A stretch of 63,481 nucleotides of DNA, the filler included, from Octopus bimaculoides (lineage: Eukaryota): NCBI RefSeq assembly GCF_001194135.2. It is 10 parts of 8 records of this genome, joined end to end, with 100 filler letters (N's around TTAATTAATTAA, not from the genome) between each part and the next. Parts side by side here need not be neighbours in the genome. Positions count along the whole stretch, not along the records: positions 1 to 19,657 come from NC_068995.1; positions 19,758 to 24,557 come from NW_026422467.1; 8 more parts are not named here. One strand, written 5' to 3'. A program made the translations under genes and the position numbers. Shown one piece after another: positions 11,009-21,266 of this stretch. Under the pieces are notes generated by a model. That model was not told the origin of the DNA and made no database searches. It worked only from the letters and a program-made list of their open reading frames with translations. Each line of letters begins with the position of its first letter. Within the stretch, counting starts at the first letter, position 1.

Positions 11009-12199
11009 ATGTTGCTCACAGAGTGTTTTATTTATACACTTTGCTCAATTATATCGATCGTAAATTCCGATGCAACGCACAATGACGAAAGATTATTGAA
11101 AGATAGTATGCTTTCAAATTATCGCAGTGATATAAGACCTGTTATAAATTTGTCGACAACAGTTAATATGAAGATTTATACGACACTTTACACCCTCTAT
11201 GATTTGGACTTTATAAATAACTTACTAACGGCTCGATATATCATTAAAGCTGTTTGGTTTGATGAACATCTTAAGTGGAACCCTTTGGACTATAACAACA
11301 TTACATATATATATATACCAAAAAAGAAATTATGGAATCCAGGTTTAGTAATGTGCAATTCAATGACACAGTCAGAAGAAAAAGATAGCTTGGATGATGT
11401 TCTCATTTATTACGATGGATTTGTGAGAATGCTATCATTTACATTACTACAAACTTATTGTCAAGTGAATGCTTACAGCTATCCATTCGATGAGCACAAA
11501 TGTGAAATTCGCATGTGTAGTGCAACGTACCATACTGATGAAGCAAATGTAACATCATTTCTACTTAATGTGTACTCTGAAGAAGAAAATTATAAATGGT
11601 ATATGAGCATTAGCGATCAGGAAACCTACAGTTCTTACGTAGTGGGCACAGTATATTTGCGACGTAAGCTCACAGTCGGTATCATAGCTATGCTAATTCC
11701 GACAGTAATGATGACTATTTTAACAATTTTTGTCTTTCTTCTGCCTCCTGAATCAGGTGAGAAAGTTTCTCTAGCAACAACAATATTTTTATCAAATGTC
11801 TTGTATCTTGTTCAAATTGATAAGAATACACCGGCAAATTCAAAATATCCTTCACTGCTTATTTTATATTTAATGGTGTTGTCATTGGTAAGTGGCATCG
11901 CCACACTTGGATCGGTGGTTATAAGCAAGTTGTATGTTAATCAATCATCACAAGAAAATAAGTTGAAATTATCAGAGGAAAGTAAAAAGAAGTCACAGAG
12001 AAACAAAGTTGAGGATATTTCAATTATTTCTATGGAGCATCCGGAGACTTTAATGAAAGGTGGTCTCCCAAGTAAGAAAAAGAGAAATTTCGTTATTGAC
12101 TATATGCGACTGGATGCGATATTTTTAAAACTTATTATTGTCGCCTTGTTAATAATTTCAATATCATTCACGTCTTTGTTGTTTTCCCCACTGGAGTAA
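11009..12199 (+). CDS. Intronless atypical nicotinic acetylcholine receptor-like Cys-loop subunit, cephalopod chemotactile receptor (CR) family
   Basis: 396-aa uninterrupted ORF. Signal peptide about 1-20; RPV motif; WxD..L.W and WNP motifs. Cys-loop C151-QVNAYSYPFDEHK-C165 (13 residues, YPFD). M1 ends LLPPESGEK; M2 VSLATTIFLSNVLYLVQI; M3 about 283-308; short M3-M4 loop; M4 about 368-392. No loop C vicinal CC, and loop B Trp is replaced (CSATY). Confidence 0.93.
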   Translation: MLLTECFIYTLCSIISIVNSDATHNDERLLKDSMLSNYRSDIRPVINLSTTVNMKIYTTLYTLYDLDFINNLLTARYIIKAVWFDEHLKWNPLDYNNITYIYIPKKKLWNPGLVMCNSMTQSEEKDSLDDVLIYYDGFVRMLSFTLLQTYCQVNAYSYPFDEHKCEIRMCSATYHTDEANVTSFLLNVYSEEENYKWYMSISDQETYSSYVVGTVYLRRKLTVGIIAMLIPTVMMTILTIFVFLLPPESGEKVSLATTIFLSNVLYLVQIDKNTPANSKYPSLLILYLMVLSLVSGIATLGSVVISKLYVNQSSQENKLKLSEESKKKSQRNKVEDISIISMEHPETLMKGGLPSKKKRNFVIDYMRLDAIFLKLIIVALLIISISFTSLLFSPLE

Positions 12200-13323
12200 G
12201 AAAATATTATTTGTTACTCTTTCTTCATATCTTTATAAAAAAAAAAAAGTAATACTGTTCTTTCTCGAAATCCAACATACATTAGATCCGCAGTGACAAT
12301 TATGTTTTGTTTCGCTGGGGAGCAGCTGTATCTAGAAATTTCTCAGTACTGCTTGAAGATAAAAGCACTAAGCACTGTTCAATATAATTCATTTTCAATG
12401 ACAAAAATTTGTAAGATGCTCTGTCCTGTATTTTTACCCACATAAGTAATACGGATAATAAAAGGGCAAGGATATAATTGACTCTGCAGAATTCCGTCGA
12501 ATGTATGTGTGTATTTTTGGATCACCACTCGATAACCGATAATTGTAACTTGAACAATATTTCTTGTTAGCTACTGCAACATAAATAGACATGAGTAGTT
12601 CGCAATATTTAGTGCTTATTTGTTTACTGTGGTGGTATACTTAAGAGAAAGGAAAGCTCATTAAGATGTTTTGAAATGCCCAATTTCTTACCGAAGCAAT
12701 TGAAAATTACAGGAACAGGTATGGCCATATTGTTAACGATTTCCCTTCACAGACTTCTATTCTCAGTTTCAAATCCTTTCTATTACGCTCCTGATTGGTG
12801 CCTTCTAAAGTTTTTCCGACAAGCCGAGAGTCTTGTGAGCAAACATGCAAGAACGAAATTCTTCGAAATTACCTCGAATATGTATGAGTGAAGGACAAAT
12901 ATATTTTTGTGTCAAAATTATGATTACAAGTTCAAATACACGTATATACGCATTCGTACACGTACGTATATTAATATAATCATATATACGCAGTTCAAAA
13001 AAGTTTTGCATATATCGCTATACTCATGCACTCGTACATGCAACTGCTTTTAAGTATATAAATTGCGAAAAGAATGCATGCACAATTGCTTATACATACA
13101 TGCATAATATTTATTACGTACACACACGCACACACACACAAACACACAGATAAAACAAGACTCGCACACAGATATATATTGACGTATGCATATGTATATA
13201 TATTTTTATTTATGTACATCTAACTATTCATCTATCTAGCTATATATATACACATAACACACACACATATATATATAGATATAGATAGATATATATATTT
13301 ATATATATATGTATATCTATCTA

Positions 13324-13362
<39 letters not shown>

Positions 13363-13579
13363 NNNNNNNNNNNNNNNNNNNNNNNNNNNNNNNNNNNNNN
13401 NNNNNNNNNNNNNNNNNNNNNNNNNNNNNNNNNNNTATATATATATAATATATAAACACCAGTGTTTACAATGTTTCACGAAGGAGAAATATAATTGTCA
13501 CTAATTGTGTCTAAGGTGTTAGAAAACACCGACAATGCTAGAAATAAGAGCTAAAGCGCTCTATTGCTGTAGTTAACGC

Positions 13580-14349
13580 ACATGAATGAAAACATAGACT
13601 GAAAGCATACTATTTATGTTTTCCTTTATTTGTGTACTTTGAATTCACGAATCGCTGTGAATTAATGAAGGAAATATTTTAAAATTATACATATTTTTCT
13701 TAAATATGGAAATATACTGGTGAAGAGTGTAATATGCGGCAAATTTAAATTAAATTGATTTTTCAAATTAATTAATTTAGTTTGTACATTAAACACGAAA
13801 CTAATACAGTATTTACCACAAAATTTTAAATAAACTCTTATGCATCTCGCCCGCTTTACAGTTATTTGCTATCAAGGCTAATTATTAGCTTTTTATCGTT
13901 TACTGGTTTCAGTCCAAGACTGGGGTCATGCTGGTGCACGATGCTTTTATTTGAACATCATATTGAACATGTATGGAAGATAGTTTCACTGTTTCTCTCT
14001 CTCTCTCTCTGTGTTTCTATATATACATATTTGCCACCTCGGCAAAAAAAGCATGTCGAATCGTGGATTGAAAGCATAGCTTTTTCTTTCCCTCTAATTT
14101 TGGGAAAATATTTGAGCAACTTGAATTACGAATCGCTGTAATGAATAAAGGGAATATTTTAAATTTATACATATTTTCCATAAATATGGGAATACACTGC
14201 TCAAGAGGGTACTATGTGACACATTTAATTTAAATTGATTTTTTTAAAATTAATTTATTTAATTTGTACATTGATCACGAAACTAGTACAGTATTCACCG
14301 CTATAATTTTAAATAAAATTTTATTTATCACGCCCGCATAAACAGTAGC
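13580..14349. repeat. Diverged direct duplication of about 280 bp (13580-13864 vs 14050-14349)
   Basis: Shared blocks TTGAATT(C)ACGAATCGCTGT, AAATTGATTTTT, TTGTACATT..CACGAAACTA.TACAGTATT and CGCCCGC; roughly 75-80% identity by eye. Confidence 0.8.
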
Positions 14350-14357
14350 TGCACGAC

Positions 14358-14585
14358 AACGTGAAGTATATTTGCCATTTCAATGTGGCTAACCGCTAAA
14401 GGTGGATGCTACTGCACCTTGTAGCCCCAGGAGGACACCTCCTCCAGCTGGCTATTGATACATTTTATGGACACCGAAAGTGTATCAAAAACCAGCTGGA
14501 GGAAGTATCCTCCTGGGGCTACAATGTGCAGTAGCACCCACTCTTAGCGGTTAGCCACATTGAAGTGGCAAATATCCTTCACGTT
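14358..14585. repeat. Fold-back palindrome of about 228 bp (MITE-like), arms about 108 bp
   Basis: AACGTGAAG.ATATTTGCCA.TTCAATGTGGCTAACCGCTAA...TGTAGCCCCAGGAGGA is mirrored by TCCTCCTGGGGCTACA...TTAGCGGTTAGCCACATTGAA.TGGCAAATAT.CTTCACGTT. Confidence 0.92.
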
Positions 14586-15429
14586 ATATAATATNNNNNN
14601 NNNNNNNNNNNNNNNNNNNNNNNNNNNNNNNNNNNNNNNNNNNNNNNNNNNNNNNNNNNNNNNNNNNNNNNNNNNNNNNNNNNNNNNNNNNNNNNNNNNN
14701 NNNNNNNNNNNNNNNNNNNNNNNNNNNNNNNNNNNNNNNNNNNNNNNNNNNNNNNNNNNNNNNNNNNNNNNNNNNNNNNNNNNNNNNNNNNNNNNNNNNN
14801 NNNNATATATATATATATATACACATGTACAATTTAAGAAATTGAGTCAACATGAAGGAGTACGCTGGGACAGTTATTTTTTAATCACTACAATTATTTC
14901 TATCAAACATGGTTCTTCAAAAATAGAGGTATTTGATTATGCATCTGTTTGCATAATGAGATCCTGCTGCGTTTCCTCATGTGATATTCAAATGTCTCCT
15001 GAGTTTAACATCTTCGACTTCAAGGCCATCTCATCCATCCGTCTTGGGTTAACTTTTGTAGCAGTTGGATGATTCACGCTGTTTACTGCCACAGTGTGTT
15101 TGTTGGACTGCTATGAGTGGTAGTGGATGACTCTTTTGGTAGCGGCTGATCGCTGACCTGTTCTTCATGGTTGGATACACTTGCTAATTTTATTACCTGA
15201 TCTTTAGTATTTAGAATAAGTCTAAGGTTATGCTCCAGCGTGGCCGCAGTCAAATGATTGGAACAAAAATAAAAGACTACATATCTAAAGAATAAAAGAA
15301 TACATACAATAAATGAATACTTACATACATACATACATACATACACCTCACCAACTCTAGACACAAATCAATGAAACTTTATGGCAGCTCTTCATACCGA
15401 GCTCATGGCGGAAAGTTCGTCACTTTAAA

Positions 15430-17655
15430 ACATGAACTCAGGACGATGAGCGAGAAACTCTGCTATCGCAAGTGAATTTTTGAGCGAGCCAATATCAATC
15501 GCAAGTTTGTTTCCAGCCCACAAGCTTTCTACAGAGAGATTAAGCAGGAAAACATTACTACTATGAAAACTCCCTGCCAAGAAAATGTACAGTCATTCTG
15601 GTCAAAAATTAAGAACGGAAAGAGGGATTGCAACCTGAATGCATCATAGTTAAATACAAGTGAGAGAGAGTACGGTTATAGCAGTAGGCAAACTGCAGAA
15701 TGAGAAGGCACCTGGCAGGGACCTAATAGTTGGATATTGGTACAAGAAGCTGACATTTCATAGAAACCAATTGATATGTATGTTCAAAAGGACTATGAAA
15801 GGTCAGACTGGTATAACACATTGGCTTGTTACAGCAAGGACAAATCAAGAATGGAATCACCGAGACGGCCGGAAATTGCAGAACCATTACTTGCCTAAAC
15901 ATTATGTACAAACTGTACACAAGTTGTCTCAACCGAATCCCTCCAACTCCATTGTGAGTCGAACAACATTGTGACTGATGAACCGGCTGGTTGAAAGAAG
16001 GCAGTGTGGGGATGTGACAAGCAAATTCTAATAAACAAAGTCTGACAATAAGAAGGCATTCGAATCTATCCCCCATTCATGGCTTTTGAAGTGCCTACAT
16101 CTTGCAAAAGTACCTACTACCTTTTTTGCTGCTATAGAGACTCACAAAGACATGGACAACTATTCTTACCCTTGCAACTAAGAACAAAATAATTGTTTTT
16201 AATAGTATAGGCATTAAAAGGGAATATTCCAGGGAGATAATCTTTCTGTACTTCTTTTCAGTTTGGCACTGAATCCATTATCGTTCTTACTGAAGAAAAC
16301 TCTCAGAAACATCAATTTCACTCACAATTTCTTTGCAGACAACCTGATAAGTTATGCTAAAATTGGTAAAGAATACAAAAAACAAGTGGAATTAATAACA
16401 ACATTTTCAGCTGATATAGGCATGGAATTTAGTCAAAAGAAATGTTCATATTTGGTTATAAAAAGAGGAAAGTAAGTCCCCTAAACCCAAAACTTGTGCA
16501 TCAACCGTCTCTCTGTCTCGGCACAAGAATGTTACAAGTACCTAAGCATAGACGAAAATGTATCATATGTAGCCACAGTATTAATGCCGTCCTGACAGTG
16601 TAGTGAGCAACATTGTTCGATTTGACAGTGAATTCCTCAAGAAACACTCTCATAATGATGATCTCCTAAAGAGCCCCAAAACAGCTGGGCTCTCTTACCT
16701 CAGTGAAGACCAGGACGGAAAGCACTCAATGTACAAAAGAAACAAAAAAGACCAGGCATGGGTATGTTGCCCGGAAGCTTGAAGAGGACAGTAGAAGTGA
16801 CATGAAGAACAGCCTCTCTTGGATACCAGACCACTACATCACATCACACTTTGAAGGCTATGCGTTTGCAATCTAGGAACAGGAGATTGCCACAAAGTAA
16901 GTAGCAAGCAAGAGTCACATTGACGCTCTTGTAATCCCAAGGTGCAACCGCATGTGTAGGCTATGTCGGGTTTCTGTGGAAGACATTACGCATGTGATTA
17001 GCAACTTTTCTAAAATGTCATCACGGCACTACCTCCCTATGCAGCACGATGTTGTCGCTAAAACAATTTACAATGCCATCCACAAAAAAGACTGTCATGA
17101 ATTTAACTTAGAAATTCCCTCTGTTATGGAATACATTCAGAAACACCAACTCAAGGAATACTGGCGGAATATTCCCATCAAAACGTCTGTCAACTGTAAG
17201 CATAACAAGACGGATATTGTTGTTTAGAACAGGGGCGGGGGCAAAGATATGTACCATCATACAGGTTAGCTACCCTGCTATATAGATATAAATGTCTCTT
17301 TGAAAATCGAAGAAAAAGAGGCTATCTTTGGACAACTGCTTCGAAACCTCCAGCTTCTATCTCCAGACTATGAATTCATATTCATACCAATAATAATTGG
17401 AACACTAGGTTTTGTTAGTAAATGTTTAAAGAAGAATCTGGATAAACTGGGATTTTCAGGAAAAGAAATCGACCGGTTGATTTGTACAAGTCCAATCTGT
17501 GAGTGGAACAGTAGAAATATGCAAGACATTTCTCAACTTCCAAATGGTAATTTATTTGTGTTAACTACACCCCAAAGACGGCGCCTTGTATCTTTGTTGG
17601 AAACCGGCTCCCTCCTCACTGGAACATTTATAATAAATCAAAAATAGAAGAGACA
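15430..17655 (+). mobile_element. Degenerate RLE-type LINE (RT + CCHC knuckle + PD-(D/E)xK nuclease), many stops and frameshifts
   Basis: EKAPGRDLIVGYWYKK, AFESIPHSWLLKCL, IFQGDNLSVLLFSLALNP, HNFFADNL (degenerate xxDD motif), YKYL, CRLCRVSVEDITHVISN, QHDVVAK, KHNKTDIVV, IPIIIGTLG. Confidence 0.9.
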
Positions 17656-18780
17656 CCCATCCATCCATCCATCCATCTATCCGTACGTACGTACGTACGC
17701 ACATACATTACATATACATGAATATGAAAATATTTACTCAAATCCTATCAAACTCTTAAACTGTTGGCGGGCGAGATTATAGCTTTGTGCATGTCAGTTT
17801 TTTTAACCGCTTTTAATATTTTGCCGACAAATATTACATAGTGCGGTAGTTTCTTAATGTATTTGTGTATGATAATTTCATTTTATTTATTGCAGGTAAC
17901 TGAAATGAAATACAAATTGTACGACTTTAAACTCACCTTTTTGTATTGAGAAACGTTAAACATTTTTTATTTAGGCGTTATTTGAATTCGCTAGTACAGA
18001 GCCCTGTTTCTTATTGAATTTTTTTCTACGAAGCCACATTAATTTAGAGACATTTTTTAGACTACTATTAGCTTAATGTGTTTTATATTGTACATAAATT
18101 GGAAATGCTGTTATACAAGTTGCCATCTACCTTCCTAACAATTGCGAGGAGGTTTTTAGTAATTTGTACAGTAGCATATACATTACACAAGCAGGTTTCC
18201 TAAAGGAGTTATAATTACTAGAACTTAAATTAAGAGTAATGTCAAAATAATTAATTAACTGAATTAACATTAATAACTGAAGTAATTTTATGGTTAAACA
18301 GTTTGAAAGTATTAATTGCATCTTTTATGTCTGTTACTGGTGGTCATTTCTGTTATAGATGAAAGTTAATACCTCTAAAATATTACATTAGGCTAGGAAG
18401 TTTTCTAAAATAAATGAACCATCAACTTACGGACTTCTATTCTGAGCCATAAACAAATGATAAAAGCAAAAGAAAAAAATGCACCATAAGAATATCAAAG
18501 TCTCTATGCCTTCTTTTTGCATATTATAATAAAAGCAATGTTAAATTCCGAAGACTTAATGTTCTATTGCAATCGAGATCTAGTACATTCATTGAGATTT
18601 ATTAATGAAAAGGTACACATCTTAAATATCAAAAAGCTACAAATCGCCACCGCAATAACACAATGATAAATATCTCATTCTAGCATATTTAGTGTGGATA
18701 TTTTGTTTTATATACAATCTGATATATTGACCATCGATATGCGAACTTTTCTGAAATGTACCATAGTTCATAACACAATG

Positions 18781-18862
18781 AAAATGTTTAATGTATGTTT
18801 ACAACTAACATAAGAAAATGTTTAATGTATGTTTACAACTAACATAAGAAAATGTTTAATGT
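18781..18862. repeat. 34-bp tandem minisatellite, about 2.4 copies
   Basis: AAAATGTTTAATGTATGTTTACAACTAACATAAG twice, plus a partial third unit. Confidence 0.92.
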
Positions 18863-19049
18863 GTGCTCACATATATATATATATATATATTTAAATATAT
18901 TAATATACATATCCCATGTTACTATGAAATATTTCTACATGTTTTTTTTTCCCAATACAGATACATTGAGTGAATAAAGTGTTCAAAATCAGACATGTCT
19001 TTTAGTTCTGTTTTATAAAATCTGCATTTTATTCCTGTTGCTGATTCTA

Positions 19050-19270
19050 GGAGGCGATTGGGAAGAATTATTAGCACGCCAGGCCAAATGCTCAGCGGGG
19101 GTTTTCCCGTTTTCACGTTCTGAGTTCTAATTACCCCGTAGTCCACGTTGCCATTCACCCATTAGTGGTCGATGAAAATAATATATCAGTTGAGCACTGT
19201 GGTCTAGGTAAACGATTTATCTCAGTGCATACAAATTACTGACCCTGTGCATAGATTTGACACCATTATT
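19050..19270 (+). mobile_element. SINE family A (diverged)
   Basis: TTAGCACGCCAGGCCAAATGCTCAGCGG...GTTCTGAGTTCTAATTACC. Confidence 0.75.
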
Positions 19271-19757
19271 CATCAAATATTATCAAACGCTTTCATCTCT
19301 ATTAGAATCTTTAAAATGCTCCCCTGCCCCCCGCAAAGCATTCAGGCGTATTGACGAGAGATGTTGATTAAAGTGTAATCCACGTCATCGACAACGACAG
19401 CGAAACTATTATTATAATGATGATGACACTGGTGATGAATAGCAGGATGAGGGGGTACAGCAGAAGAAGGATTAGAGTGATGAATGTGTAGTAATTGAAA
19501 CGAATCATAAAATAATTGGCATCCCAATTAAATTGTATGATATTTTATTCGATTTTTTGTAACAGTTTCATGACATACATGCAAGAATAAAACCCTAAAA
19601 GAAAAAAATACGTGACCATCTATAAATAGAGCACACACACTCACACACACACACACANNNNNNNNNNNNNNNNNNNNNNNNNNNNNNNNNNNNNNNNNNN
19701 NTTAATTAATTAANNNNNNNNNNNNNNNNNNNNNNNNNNNNNNNNNNNNNNNNNNNN

Positions 19758-19930
19758 GGCCACTATGAACAGTAGTGGCCCCAGGACAGTTCCTTGCGGA
19801 ACACCGCACAATATTTGCGTTTCCCTAGATAGTTCTCCATTGGCTGCAACTTGATATATATACTTCCGGTTTCGATGAAGAAAGACGTGCTTTTTCGTTC
19901 TCCTGAAACAACCCAAAAGAGATTGCATAA
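19758..19930 (-). mobile_element. CR1/L2-type LINE reverse transcriptase fragment
   Basis: QVAANGELSRETQILCGVPQGTVLGPLLFIVA contains the GVPQGxxLGPLLF RT motif; it runs into the gap. Confidence 0.88.
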
Positions 19931-20292
19931 ATCAACGATAAAATCTGCTAAAACTGACAGAAACGTAGACCTTGTTATATAAGAACAGTCTACTGTAATA
20001 TACTAATTAAAAAACGTAATATATTACTCTAAAAGTTGAATATATTACATTAAAGTCAGCGACACAAGCAAGTTATCATAAAAAACCACATGGTTACAAG
20101 GGATTGCCTAAATCGACCAAAAATAAATGTGCTAAAACTGACAAAAGGTAGTACTTGTTACTTCATAACAGTCTACCATAATATATTGATTAAAAGAAGA
20201 AAAAAAGTAATATATTACACTAAAAGTTTGATATAGTACATTAAAGTCAGTGAAACAATCTAAAGGTATCGTCGATAACCGCGTGGTTACAA
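19929..20292. repeat. Diverged tandem duplication, unit about 180 bp
   Basis: TGCTAAAACTGACA, AACAGTCTAC, GTAATATATTAC.CTAAAAGTT, ACATTAAAGTCAG and TGGTTACAAG each occur twice in the same order. Confidence 0.85.
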
Positions 20293-20689
20293 GTCGTAGT
20301 TTTATTTACAGTCAAATGTAAGAAGCAAAAAAAAGAATTGTTTTTGAAAGAAAACTTCTTTGTACAAGAACAAGGATTTGGAATTTTACCTTTTATGAAT
20401 AAGTATCCTTTTCATTTGTTTATTTTCTTTTAACTTAGGTAACATTTGAGTTACGACTTAATCTGTGTTTACTTTCTGAGAATTCTCACGATAATTTTCA
20501 TTTAACTTTTATTACAGCGACCACTTAGCTTTGATTCTCTTTGAAAAATAGAAACCATTACGAAACCCCTTTCTTTTTTCTTATCGTTTCATTTTTTCAC
20601 TTTATCTCTTTACAATTATTTGAATTACAAATCCCATTTAGAATTACGAATTTTCGTTTTCCTACACATCTTCGTTACCTGCTCCCACT

Positions 20690-21205
20690 CTCTTTTTCAT
20701 AAGTACCACTTCCTCTCTCCCTCTCTGTCTTCCATATCTTACTCTTTTTCTCATCTCTCTCCCTCGCTTTCATATCTTCCTCTTTTCTCAGTTCTCTTTC
20801 CTTTCCTTTGTATCTCACATCTTCCTCCCCTTCTGTCACCTCACCCTCTCCCTCATATACTTCTCATTTCCCCCTCTTCTCAGTCCGTTTCTCCCATCCT
20901 TTCCTGTCTCTCCCTCAGTCTGTCTCTTTTCTCTTACCATCCTCTCCCTCCCTCTGTCTCTCTTTCTCCTCCCCTCCTCTCCTTCACTCTGTCTCTCTTT
21001 CTCTTCCTCTCCTCTCCTCACTCTGCCTCTCTTTCTCTCTCCTTCCTCTACCTCCCTGTCTCTCTAACACCCCACACTCCCTCTCTTCCGCATATCACCC
21101 TCTCTCTTTCCTTCATATCTCCCTCTCTCTTTCCCTATTCCCCCCTCTGTGTTTCTTCTTTTCTACCTACCGCTATCTATCACTTCCTTTCTATCCTCTA
21201 CTCCC
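20690..21205. repeat. CT-rich low-complexity polypyrimidine tract
   Basis: About 500 bp almost entirely C/T on the + strand; source of the Ser/Leu/Pro ORFs. Confidence 0.9.
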
Positions 21206-21266
21206 CTTCTGGGCTTAAAAACCAATGATGGCACCAAAGTAGGAGAAGAAAGAATTAAATCTTCTG

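Noticed and set aside
19658-19757. TTAATTAATTAA embedded in N runs, 9 times (19702, 24602, 27666, 33565, 43694, 46540, 48969, 58711, 61138)
   Set aside because: Where I counted, it is 44 N + 12 bp + 44 N = 100 bp. This is an artificial scaffold spacer with stops in all six frames, not biology.
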